A stretch of 64,000 nucleotides of DNA, taken from contig JAZLLY010000016.1 in the NCBI GenBank assembly GCA_045598385.1, forward strand, positions 210,000 to 273,999, written 5' to 3'. Positions 8,799-17,231 of this stretch are shown here, piece after piece. The stretch's first letter is position 1. Each line of letters starts with the position of its first letter. A program made the position numbers and the translations under genes. The notes under the pieces were generated by a model. It was not told where the DNA came from. It saw only the letters and a list, made by a program, of their open reading frames with translations, and searched no databases. The stretch comes from Eubacteriales bacterium (GTDB lineage Bacteria; Bacillota; Clostridia; Oscillospirales; CAG-272).

Positions 8799-8899
8799 TG
8801 GTGCGGGAAACGGGAATTCTCGCCTGCGGGCGAGCCGCTCCGGCGGTCGCGACCGTCCACAGGAAGGTCGCTCTGTGCCGCCTCCCCTTCAATTCCCGC
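8799..8899 (-). other. tRNA-Leu-derived, tRNA-like remnant (acceptor strands and CCA retained, no canonical cloverleaf)
   Basis: The minus-strand sequence starts GCGGGAA and ends AATTCCCGTTTCCCGCACCA. Its last 20 nt are identical to the 3' end of the adjacent tRNA-Leu. The interior forms GC-rich hairpins but has no proper D, anticodon or T arms. Confidence 0.5.
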
Positions 8900-8944
8900 T
8901 TTCGATATAAAAAACCGACCGCCACAAGGACGACCGGTCTTTTA

Positions 8945-9028
8945 TGGTGCGGGAAACGGGAATTGAACCCGTACGGTAAAACCACACGCCCCTCAAACGT
9001 GCGCGTCTGCCAGTTCCGCCACTCCCGC
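8945..9028 (-). tRNA. tRNA-Leu (anticodon GAG), type II with long variable arm, CCA encoded
   Basis: Manual fold: acceptor GCGGGAG/TTCCCGC, anticodon loop TT-GAG-GG, T-arm ACGGG-TTCAATT-CCCGT, 84 nt. Confidence 0.85.
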
Positions 9029-9190
9029 AGGAACGTAAGGTATTATACACGAGAATGAAACGGTTGTCAAGGGCTTTTTTGAAAAAAAACGATAAACGAC
9101 AAAAAATCTTCGTCAACCTCAAAAAAGCGATCTGACGGCGACGAAAAATGGAGAAAAACGATCCCCTCCGACTTTTTTTCTTCAAACGTC

Positions 9191-9219
9191 TTGACAAAAG
9201 CCGAAAGTTCACTTATAAT
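9191..9219 (+). promoter_or_regulatory. Consensus sigma-70 promoter for tRNA-Trp
   Basis: TTGACA (9191-9196), 17-nt spacer, TATAAT (9214-9219), about 14 nt upstream of the tRNA 5' end. Confidence 0.7.
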
Positions 9220-9232
9220 ATACGGCGTATGT

Positions 9233-9308
9233 AGGGGTATAGCTCAGTTGGTAGAGTACTGGTCTCCAAAACCATGGGTCGTGGGTTCAAGTCCTTCTGC
9301 CCCTGCCA
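9233..9308 (+). tRNA. tRNA-Trp (anticodon CCA), CCA encoded
   Basis: 76 nt. Acceptor AGGGGTA/TGCCCCT and anticodon loop CT-CCA-AA. One T-T mismatch in the T-stem. Confidence 0.85.
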
Positions 9309-9310
9309 GA

Positions 9311-9341
9311 AAAAACCACTTGCGAGAGCAAGTGGTTTTTT
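9311..9341 (+). terminator. Rho-independent terminator after tRNA-Trp
   Basis: CCACTTGC-gaga-GCAAGTGG followed by TTTTTT. Confidence 0.8.
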
Positions 9342-9344
9342 CAA

Positions 9345-9480
9345 TGATATCCGTTCCTCTGCGGAACGGATGATATATGGCGAAGCCATATGATATCCGC
9401 TTACGCGGATGATATACGCCGAGAGGCGTATAAGGAACGGATATTATATCATGCCGAGCGGACGCGAGGTATATCATGCG
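9345..9480. repeat. ATGATAT-spaced hairpin array
   Basis: The units are TGATAT-CCGTTCC-tctg-CGGAACGG, ATGATAT-ATGGC-gaa-GCCAT, ATGATAT-CCGC-ttac-GCGG and ATGATAT-ACGCC-gaga-GGCGT, followed by degenerate units. Confidence 0.75.
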
Positions 9481-9601
9481 GCGCGAGACATTGAACCGTA
9501 AAACAGGGTGCCTCACTTTTACCGCCGAATTCGCCAAAATACGGCACTTTTATTTGAATTTTACTGTTTTTGCCCGTAATGGCACGAAGAAAGGAGAAAA
9601 A

Positions 9602-10450
9602 ATGAGTTCTTTTCACTTCGTTTACCACGGTGAAGACATCGGAATCAAAGATTATCTTTTCCGTCTCGGCTTTTCTTCGACTTTTATCAAGCGCGTCAAA
9701 TACGGCGGCGTGACAGTGAACGGGCATACGGTACATATGCGCGCGTCCGTTCACGACGGGGACAGTGTCAAAATCGAAGACGTGGAATCGGCAAACGAAA
9801 ACGTAAAGCCGAGGACGGATATCCCGATCCGCGTTCTTTACGAAACCGATGCGTTTCTCGCGGTTTTTAAGCCCTCCGGTATGCCGACGCATCCGAGCAG
9901 AGGCAATCATCTCCCTACCCTCGCCGAAGCCGTCGTCGGACACTATAAAGACCGTCCGTTTACCTTTCGCGCCGTCAACCGTCTCGACAAAGACACCAGC
10001 GGCATCGTGATCGTCGCCAAAAACGCCGACGCGGCGCACCGACTCGCCGAATCCATGAAAAAAGGCGAGTTTACGAAAGAATACGAAGCACTCGTCCAAG
10101 GAGTCCCTTCCCCGATGAAAGGAACCGTTGACGCACCGATACGACGGGAAACGGAAAACGGCATGAAACGCTGCGTCGCATCGGACGGAAAACGCGCCGT
10201 CACCGACTACGAAGTCATAGAAATCAAGCCGGACGGGAATGCCGTCGTTCATCTCGTTCTGCACACGGGAAGAACGCATCAGATACGCGTTCACATGGCA
10301 TATATCGGTCACCCGCTCGTTGCGGACGCGCTTTACGGCACGCGGAAAGAGAACGAAACGTATCACCTCTGCGCGAGTGGAATCACCGTTACGGATCCTT
10401 ACAACCGCGAAAAAATCCGTATCCGATGCGACAAAGAAAAAAACGTATAA
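9602..10450 (+). CDS. RluA-family pseudouridine synthase
   Basis: Catalytic motif NRLDKDTSGIVIVAK and C-terminal GRTHQIRVH. The ATG at 9602 follows AAAGGAG. Confidence 0.85.
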   Translation: MSSFHFVYHGEDIGIKDYLFRLGFSSTFIKRVKYGGVTVNGHTVHMRASVHDGDSVKIEDVESANENVKPRTDIPIRVLYETDAFLAVFKPSGMPTHPSRGNHLPTLAEAVVGHYKDRPFTFRAVNRLDKDTSGIVIVAKNADAAHRLAESMKKGEFTKEYEALVQGVPSPMKGTVDAPIRRETENGMKRCVASDGKRAVTDYEVIEIKPDGNAVVHLVLHTGRTHQIRVHMAYIGHPLVADALYGTRKENETYHLCASGITVTDPYNREKIRIRCDKEKNV

Positions 10451-10499
10451 TACTGTCGAACCTACGCATAATAAAGACAATCCATGCGGAGGTAAAATC

Positions 10500-10934
10500 A
10501 TGACGGAAAAAGAAAGCGCCGCACTGCTGAAGCAATGCGACACAGGACTGAAGATGGGTATGGAGGCACTTGCCTGTGCCGCCGAAAAGATAAAAGATCC
10601 CGCTTTTCTGACAATCGTGAACGAATCGTACGACGAACACAAACGGCTCATGGAAGACGTAGATCGTCTCGAAGACAGAATGGGAATCGAAAAACCGCCC
10701 GTGAATCCTATTGTAAGCGGACTTTCAAAAGTAAAAAGCAACGTTCTTTTTGCCATGAACAAAAACGACAGCACCGTCGCAAAAATCATGAGTGACGGCA
10801 CCTATATGGGAATCAACGTCCTGAACAAAAAACTGAACAGAAATCCTTTTGCCGACACATCGGTGAAAGATATTGCACAAGAAATTGTTGACGTCGAAGA
10901 TGATTTTCTCATCAAAATACGCCCTTATTTGTAA
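10500..10934 (+). CDS. Hypothetical protein (helical, about 144 aa)
   Basis: The ATG at 10500 follows GGAGG. The ORF-track start at 10239 overlaps the rluA-like gene. I recognise no motif. Confidence 0.5.
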   Translation: MTEKESAALLKQCDTGLKMGMEALACAAEKIKDPAFLTIVNESYDEHKRLMEDVDRLEDRMGIEKPPVNPIVSGLSKVKSNVLFAMNKNDSTVAKIMSDGTYMGINVLNKKLNRNPFADTSVKDIAQEIVDVEDDFLIKIRPYL

Positions 10935-10946
10935 ACATTTCTATAC

Positions 10947-10981
10947 AAAAAGCGCAGGTTTTGGAAAAACCTGCGCTTTTT
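10947..10981. terminator. Bidirectional terminator
   Basis: AAAAAGCGCAGGTTTT-gg-AAAAACCTGCGCTTTTT lies between convergent genes. Confidence 0.75.
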
Positions 10982-10983
10982 CA

Positions 10984-11817
10984 TCACTCGGAATAAATGA
11001 CCGTTTTCCCTTCCGGCACGGAGTGTGTGATCCAGACGTTTCCGCCTATAACGGCGTGATCGCCGATTTTCGTCCTGCCGCCGAGGATCGTCGCGTTCGC
11101 GTATATGACGACGTAATTTCCGATATCGGGATGCCGCTTAATGCCTTTCACGGGGTTGCCGGACTCATCAAGTTCAAAACTCTTGGCACCGAGCGTGACG
11201 CCCTGGTACAGTTTTACGTGATCGCCGATCACCGTTGTTTCTCCGACAACGATACCCGTTCCGTGATCAATGAAAAAATATTCCCCGATCGTGGCACCGG
11301 CGTGAATGTCGATTCCCGTCCTTTCGTGAGCGTACTCCGTCATCATCCGCGCGAGATACGGTATTTTCAATAGGTAAAGTTCGTGTGCAATACGGTAAAC
11401 CGCGATCGCAAAAAATCCGGGATAGGACAGAAGCACTTCCTCCGTCCCGCAGGCGGCGGGATCTCCCTCGTAGATCGCCTCGACGTCTTTCATGAGTTTT
11501 TCCTGAATGATCGGCAGTTTTTGCAGGATCGCCAAAGACAATTCTTCGGTGTCGGCAAAAAGCGCTCTGCCCTCCAGTGACATCGCGTAGGTGATCTGCC
11601 TTTTGAGTTCGAGAGAGGTACGCTCGAGCAAAAGATCGGCATTTTCCCCGTTCTTTGCTTTGAAATACGCCGGGAACAGAAGCGTCAGCATATCATCGAC
11701 GATGCCGCGCACGGCGGATTTTCCCGGGACATCCGTCGTATTGTGGCGGATCTCTTTTTGCTGTTTTTCGGCGCCCGCCGTCAACGCCTCGCCGATATTT
11801 TTCAATTCTTCTTTCAT
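10984..11817 (-). CDS. cysE: Serine O-acetyltransferase
   Basis: Left-handed beta-helix hexapeptide repeats (DHGTGIVVGETTVIGDHVKLYQGVTLG ... GNYVVIYANATILGG). The internal Met at 11817 is the likely start. Confidence 0.85.
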   Translation of the reverse strand: MKEELKNIGEALTAGAEKQQKEIRHNTTDVPGKSAVRGIVDDMLTLLFPAYFKAKNGENADLLLERTSLELKRQITYAMSLEGRALFADTEELSLAILQKLPIIQEKLMKDVEAIYEGDPAACGTEEVLLSYPGFFAIAVYRIAHELYLLKIPYLARMMTEYAHERTGIDIHAGATIGEYFFIDHGTGIVVGETTVIGDHVKLYQGVTLGAKSFELDESGNPVKGIKRHPDIGNYVVIYANATILGGRTKIGDHAVIGGNVWITHSVPEGKTVIYSE

Positions 11818-12003
11818 CGTTATTATCTCTGACCGTTGATTTTTTAGTATTTTACCATTCCGACGCACAAAATACAAGCGTTTTCCCGCGATTTTTCTTT
11901 TTTTCCATCCATTTGACGCTTTCGTTTCCTTTGAATGATTGCATAAACCCATTTTTTGTGGTACTATAATATATGATATTCAATCGCGCAAAGGAGATAC
12001 CGC

Positions 12004-15000
12004 GTGGGCAAAAGTATTTATACGCGCTATAAAGAGCGCCTCGTCGAGATCGGGGGCAAGAACAAATGCCTGTATCTGTCCCGCCTCACCAAAAACGCTT
12101 CGTACGATCTTTCCCGTCTTCTCGAAGGCAGAAAAGAAAAATCCGAGGATTTTTTGCGTTTTCTTTTTTCGGGAAAAGAGTCTTATTTTTCCCTGATCGA
12201 AAAGAAAGATCACGAGGCGATCGTGGATCTTTGCGGCGCTGTCCCATCGAGAGGAAAGCGCGCGCCCGATCTTTCCGCCGAAACCCGGAAAACGGTTAAA
12301 AAAGACACCGAAAAAGCCGTAGAGGCCGAGATTCTCGCTCTGAAAGCCCTCAAACGCGAAATGGAAGACATCGAAAAAGAAACGGGGCGGTACGAACTGT
12401 ACGTCGGTTATCCGTTCGTTTTCGGCACCCTCTCCCAAAACGGTAAAAAAACGCCTGTCAAGGCGCCTCTGCTCCTCTTCCCCGTCCGCCTCGAATTCCC
12501 GGGAGACGGCAATGTCGAGATACACCACTACGGCACGCAAAAGATCCGGATCAATCCCGCCCTCATTTTCTCGTATTTGCAGGCAAGGCGGCTTCCCTCC
12601 GATACTTTGCAGCTGGAGTATGACGATTTTTCCGATTTTCACAGCGTCGGCGACGTCCTCTCCTATCTTTCGGGATTTCATATTGCCATCCGTCCCTTTG
12701 CCGCCACCGGTATTCAGTCCTTTTACCGTTTCAAGGATTCCGAAAGCGCGGCGCTCTTTCTGCACGATACCGCGGTTCTCGGCAGATTTCCGATCGCCAA
12801 TTCCATTTACAACGATTATACCGAACTCGAAAAAAGAAAACTGACGAACGCCGCCATCGACGAACTGCTGACGCCACGCGCCTTCAAGGCACGTCAGTTG
12901 CGTCTTAAAAAGATCCGCGCCGTCAGACGGAAAAAGCGCACCGAAACGCCGACCTTTGCCGTTCGGTCCATGGACTACGCACAGTCGCAGGTCGTCAGAA
13001 AAGCCGACGAGAGCGGAAATATCGTCATTTTCGGTCCTCCCGGCACCGGAAAATCCCAAACGATCGTCAATATCATCACCGATTCGCTTGTCAAGGGAAA
13101 ACGTGTTCTCGTCGTTTCCCAGAAAAAAGCGGCACTTGACGTCGTTTTCAACCGGCTTGGCGACCTCCGGAGCAAGGCGATGTATATTTCCGACGAAGCC
13201 AAGGACAAAACGTCGTTCTACCGCCGCGCCCTCGAAGCCCACGAATCCGTCATGGGACAGGCGGCAGACACCGGGGGTATCCTCGCGGAATACGAAGAAC
13301 TGCAAGGCAAGATCAAAAGCGAATGTCATACACTCGAAGAGATCGCCGCCATCATGAACGAAAAAAGACCCTTTGGTCTTTCTCTTTCGGAAATGTATCG
13401 CTCTTCCTCCATGCTTGCCAAGGGATCGCCGGAATACGCCCTGTATCAGCGGATGCTTTCGCATCCCGAAATCCTCACCCTCGCATATAAAGATCTTTCG
13501 GAAGCGCTGTGCCTTATCCGTTCCGACGATCTCGCCCTTTCTTACTATCACTTCATGACGGACAAAGAGAAAAATCCCGTCATCAATTTCCTGCGATCCG
13601 ACCCGGATATCGGCACGCTCGCCGAGGTGAAAGGACAACTCACCGCAGCGGCAAGATCCAGAAGAGGATATTTCAACACCGCGAAATATCCCTATTATCG
13701 CCAGGTCCTCGCGTTTTATCACGAGATAGAGGACGCAAAAAAAGCGAAAGCGATCGCCGCGATCACGGCAAAAACCGCCGGCGGCGTTTCCCGCAAAGAA
13801 GTTCTCGCCGCCTTTCGGGCTACCGAAACCGCCATGGCAAACTATCTTAAAGACTACGAGTGTCTCTCCCGCGTCCTCACACAGGACGGCTATCTCAACG
13901 TGATCGACAATATTCTGCGCGGCAACACCTCTTACGTCAGATTCGTCGTGGACGCCATTGACAATTATCTCGCACTCCAGAACTTCACGAAACTTCTCGA
14001 TACGCTCGGGGAGACCGAGCTCGCCGTTCTCAACTTTGCTTACGCCGAGAGTAAAAACGATAAGCATTTCTCGGAAATCCTCGGTCTGATCCTGCCGATC
14101 CGCATCTATCACGAGATTCTCAAATACGAGGAACAGTACCGTGAAAAGTTCCCGACGACGGTCAATTTCGCAAACGCAAGCGAGCGGATCAGCGAATTGC
14201 AGCAGCGTCTGCTCGTCCTGAACGCAAAAGCCGCAAAGCAGTCAAATATCACCGCTTATCAGAAACTGTTCCGCGAATCAAAAGAAAGCAACGATTATCT
14301 GCATCAGATCTCAAAGCAGCAAAAATACTGGCCGATCCGCCAGACAATGGAGCACTACGGTAAATTTCTTCTGACTCTCTTCCCCTGTTTTCTCCTCTCA
14401 CCGGAAAACGTTTCGGCAGTCCTGCCTCTCGTGCGGAATCTCTTCGACGTCGTTGTCTTCGACGAAGCGTCGCAGATATTCATTGAAAACACGATCCCGA
14501 CGATCTACAGAGGAAAGAACGTCATCGTGGCGGGAGACGACAAACAGTTGCGCCCCTCCGCAAATTTCGTGCGCCGTTATCTCGGCGGCGATGAGAGTGT
14601 AACGGATGTCTCCATGCAGGCGGCGCTCGAGGTGGACAGTCTGCTCGATCTCGCCGTTTCCCGTTATGACAAAGCGTCGCTTTCCTATCACTACCGCAGT
14701 TGTCATTCCGAACTTATTTCCTTTTCCAACCGCGCATTTTATAACAATTGTTTACAAATTGCCCCTAATATTTCAAAAAATCGCACTATTTCCCCGATCG
14801 TTTATCACAAAATTAACGGCAGTTGGATCGACCGAAAGAACGTGAAAGAAGCCGCCGCCATCGTCGCCGGTGTCAAAGATCTTCTGATCAACCGCAAGAA
14901 ACGTGAGACGATCGGCATCATCACATTCAACGCCGAACAACAGGCAACGATCGCCGATATGCTTGAAAAAGAGGCACAGAAAGACCCTGCGTTCCGCACA

Positions 15001-15741
15001 CTTTTCTATGCCGAAACCCACAGGAGTGAAAACGGCGAAGACGCCTCGCTTTTCGTCAGGAATCTTGAAAACGTCCAGGGTGACGAACGGGATATCATCA
15101 TCTTCTCGATCGGGTACGCCAGGAACGAAGAGGGAAAAGTCTATGCCAATTTCGGTTCCCTTTCGTCGGAGGGCGGAGAAAACCGACTTAACGTCGCCAT
15201 TACGCGCGCCAAAGAACGGGTGCTCGTGTACACGAGCGTCGATCCGGAGGAGCTCCGTGTTGAAAGCAGTAAATACCGCGGGCCGAAGCTTCTCAAACAA
15301 TATCTTATGTATGCGCGTGCCGTTTCTGCAGGCGACCTTAAGACCGTGAAAAATATACTTGACGGACTTTCGGATGAAAAACCGCAGTCTTCCCTCACGA
15401 ACGACTTTGCCCCCGAGTTCTTTATCCGCGACCGACTCAAAAAACTCGGCTACGACGCCGAACTGTCTCTCGGTGAGAAGTACAACCGTCTTTCTCTCGC
15501 CGTTTATGACAAGGACTGTGACCGCTATCTCGTCGGTGTAGAGCTCGACAGCGACGCTTTCTCCGCTTCCGATTCCGTGCTTGAGCGCGACGTTTCGAAG
15601 CCACGATTCCTCGAGTCGCGCGGATGGCGAGTGATCCGTGTCTGGAGCCGCGACGTTTGGGCTTCTCCGAAACGGGTCGTCCGCACCGTCGTGCAGGCCG
15701 CCGAAAAAGCGAAAAAACAGTATCAGGTACAAAACGATTAA
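12004..15741 (+). CDS. Superfamily-1 (Upf1-like, DUF4011-type) helicase fused to a C-terminal Vsr/DUF559-like endonuclease domain
   Basis: 1245 aa with a GTG start after GGAG. Has Walker A GPPGTGKSQT, motif II VVFDEASQI and motif VI NVAITRAKERV. The C-terminal tail (VGVELDSDAF...RDVSKPRFLESRGWRVIRVWSRDVW) is typical of PD-(D/E)xK DUF559-like modules. Confidence 0.85.
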   Translation: MGKSIYTRYKERLVEIGGKNKCLYLSRLTKNASYDLSRLLEGRKEKSEDFLRFLFSGKESYFSLIEKKDHEAIVDLCGAVPSRGKRAPDLSAETRKTVKKDTEKAVEAEILALKALKREMEDIEKETGRYELYVGYPFVFGTLSQNGKKTPVKAPLLLFPVRLEFPGDGNVEIHHYGTQKIRINPALIFSYLQARRLPSDTLQLEYDDFSDFHSVGDVLSYLSGFHIAIRPFAATGIQSFYRFKDSESAALFLHDTAVLGRFPIANSIYNDYTELEKRKLTNAAIDELLTPRAFKARQLRLKKIRAVRRKKRTETPTFAVRSMDYAQSQVVRKADESGNIVIFGPPGTGKSQTIVNIITDSLVKGKRVLVVSQKKAALDVVFNRLGDLRSKAMYISDEAKDKTSFYRRALEAHESVMGQAADTGGILAEYEELQGKIKSECHTLEEIAAIMNEKRPFGLSLSEMYRSSSMLAKGSPEYALYQRMLSHPEILTLAYKDLSEALCLIRSDDLALSYYHFMTDKEKNPVINFLRSDPDIGTLAEVKGQLTAAARSRRGYFNTAKYPYYRQVLAFYHEIEDAKKAKAIAAITAKTAGGVSRKEVLAAFRATETAMANYLKDYECLSRVLTQDGYLNVIDNILRGNTSYVRFVVDAIDNYLALQNFTKLLDTLGETELAVLNFAYAESKNDKHFSEILGLILPIRIYHEILKYEEQYREKFPTTVNFANASERISELQQRLLVLNAKAAKQSNITAYQKLFRESKESNDYLHQISKQQKYWPIRQTMEHYGKFLLTLFPCFLLSPENVSAVLPLVRNLFDVVVFDEASQIFIENTIPTIYRGKNVIVAGDDKQLRPSANFVRRYLGGDESVTDVSMQAALEVDSLLDLAVSRYDKASLSYHYRSCHSELISFSNRAFYNNCLQIAPNISKNRTISPIVYHKINGSWIDRKNVKEAAAIVAGVKDLLINRKKRETIGIITFNAEQQATIADMLEKEAQKDPAFRTLFYAETHRSENGEDASLFVRNLENVQGDERDIIIFSIGYARNEEGKVYANFGSLSSEGGENRLNVAITRAKERVLVYTSVDPEELRVESSKYRGPKLLKQYLMYARAVSAGDLKTVKNILDGLSDEKPQSSLTNDFAPEFFIRDRLKKLGYDAELSLGEKYNRLSLAVYDKDCDRYLVGVELDSDAFSASDSVLERDVSKPRFLESRGWRVIRVWSRDVWASPKRVVRTVVQAAEKAKKQYQVQND

Positions 15742-15744
15742 GAA

Positions 15745-15781
15745 AAGACCGTCCCCGGCACTCCGGAGACGGTCGATTTTT
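15745..15781 (+). terminator. Rho-independent terminator
   Basis: GACCGTC...GACGGTC stem followed by GATTTTT. Confidence 0.65.
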
Positions 15782-16100
15782 CGCCGTTTATTATTGTAGA
15801 TTGTGAGATCGGCATGGATAAAAGTTCGTTCGTCGGGACGGAATCGGAAACGGCATCGTCATTTTCGGATGATCCATCCTTCGCTTTGAATGTATATCAC
15901 AAGATTTTCGCAAAAAAATGCTATATATAATATATATGGAAAAGACGAAAACATTTTCCCGTTAAAATGATTAAAAACGACTCATTAAAATACCGCCTTT
16001 GCAGGGTGACAAAGAGTTTACCGAAAAGCATTTTTTCGCCTGGACGGCACATACGCGGTTTTATCAACGCCCACGCAAACGCGGCATGGCATTGCGAACC

Positions 16101-16137
16101 GCAAAAAGAAAACCCTGAAACCGAGGTTTCAGGGTTC
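16101..16137 (-). terminator. Terminator downstream of tRNA-Lys
   Basis: AACCCTGAAACC-gag-GTTTCAGGGTT, followed on the minus strand by a T-run. Confidence 0.7.
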
Positions 16138-16138
16138 T

Positions 16139-16214
16139 TGGTGCTCCTGCGGGAATTCGAATCCCGGACACCTTGATTAAAAGTCAAGTGCTCTACCGGC
16201 TGAGCTACAGGGGC
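16139..16214 (-). tRNA. tRNA-Lys (anticodon UUU), CCA encoded
   Basis: 76 nt. Anticodon loop CT-TTT-AA and T-arm CGGGA-TTCGAAT-TCCCG. One C-A mismatch in the acceptor stem. Confidence 0.8.
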
Positions 16215-16233
16215 GTTTCAATTACGCTCCACT

Positions 16234-16262
16234 ATATTATCACAACCGCTTTAGGATGTCAA
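16234..16262 (-). promoter_or_regulatory. Promoter for tRNA-Lys
   Basis: On the minus strand: TTGACA, 17-nt spacer, TAATAT with an upstream TG. Confidence 0.55.
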
Positions 16263-16285
16263 GAGTTTTTTTCAAAAAAACAATC

Positions 16286-16969
16286 TTATTTTTTCCGGGA
16301 GGACAGTTTTTGCAATTTCAGGATTGCAAAGGAAATCAAATAGGTCGCGATCATCATGACGACAAAAGTCAGATACCAGAACCCGCCGATGTTGAAATGA
16401 TAAAAATCTTCCCACCCTCCGGCGCTCTGACCGACGAAAATAACCATTGTCATATAAAGGGTCCCGTAAACGAAAGCGGGGATAACGCCGATAAGATCAA
16501 AACGAGGCGGCATTTTCTGCTTCTCATCAAAGAAGCAGAACGAGACGAAGCAAAGAACGGGACAGATGAGATGTAAAAACAGAACGACGCCGGCAAACAT
16601 CATGCCGTAACCCATGATCGGTCCGAGGAAGAGGACGACCGTCAGAAAGGTCAGCGTCACGGCCGCGGTACCCGCAAACTTCAAAACGGATACGAAGGAT
16701 GGCACGGGCTTGTCAAAGAGAACGAAACGGAGAGTGAAAGCGGCATGGAGCAGGCAGCACAGTGCCGCGAGGATGTTCGAATCAATCGTGAAATAGCGGA
16801 AGCAGGAGGTTCCGCCGCTCGTCATATTGCCCTCGCCGCCTTCCGTAAAAAAGGAAACGACGCTGATCGTGACGAGAATAAAAGTCAAAACGTCAAAAAT
16901 CATCGATAATAACAATTTTGTTCTTTCTTTTTTGTCAATTTTGTCTAACTTTTGTATCAAATTCGTCAT
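16286..16969 (-). CDS. Pr6Pr-family integral membrane protein
   Basis: 227 aa, multi-pass. The FRYFTIDSN motif resembles the Pr6Pr family signature. Confidence 0.6.
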   Translation of the reverse strand: MTNLIQKLDKIDKKERTKLLLSMIFDVLTFILVTISVVSFFTEGGEGNMTSGGTSCFRYFTIDSNILAALCCLLHAAFTLRFVLFDKPVPSFVSVLKFAGTAAVTLTFLTVVLFLGPIMGYGMMFAGVVLFLHLICPVLCFVSFCFFDEKQKMPPRFDLIGVIPAFVYGTLYMTMVIFVGQSAGGWEDFYHFNIGGFWYLTFVVMMIATYLISFAILKLQKLSSRKK

Positions 16970-17071
16970 ATTTTCTGTTATCCTTTCGCTATTTTATCGT
17001 TTTTTTCGACTCATTTTAACATATTTTCGCAATGTAGACAAGCATTACCAAAAAAAATAATCGAAACGCTA

Positions 17072-17100
17072 TTGACAAGTATTCTCCCGTATGTTAAAAT
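17072..17100 (+). promoter_or_regulatory. Promoter for the membrane-ABC fusion operon
   Basis: TTGACA (17072-17077), 17-nt spacer, TAAAAT (17095-17100) preceded by TGt. Confidence 0.55.
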
Positions 17101-17231
17101 CGCTTTGTACCCAATATATATTAAATTATTTATTTTTATATTTCTTAATTTATTTTTTTATAATTGTATTATTTTTAATTACATATTTTATATGATTTTA
17201 ACTCATCAACAGCTCAGGGAGGCAGGATCCA

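Noticed and set aside
8799-8899. Selenocysteine or other long-arm tRNA gene.
   Set aside because: An acceptor stem and CCA are present, but no D-arm, no 7-nt anticodon loop with U33, and no T-arm can be drawn. The 3' 20 nt are simply a copy of the tRNA-Leu end.
15790-16100. About 330 bp of non-coding DNA after the helicase gene, checked for a housekeeping ncRNA (SRP, 6S, RNase P, tmRNA).
   Set aside because: I recognised no conserved motif of these RNAs. It contains only an AT-rich palindrome (ATATATAATATATAT) and weak hairpins. Left unannotated.
17013-17100. 11-bp inverted repeat (ATTTTAACATA / TATGTTAAAAT) flanking the -35 box, which could be a third invertible promoter.
   Set aside because: Each arm is itself an extended -10 element. 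The pair is explained by two divergent promoters: TTGTCT-17-TAAAAT for the Pr6Pr gene and TTGACA-17-TAAAAT for the ABC operon. The repeat is short, AT-only, and unrelated to the GTTCA-type repeats.
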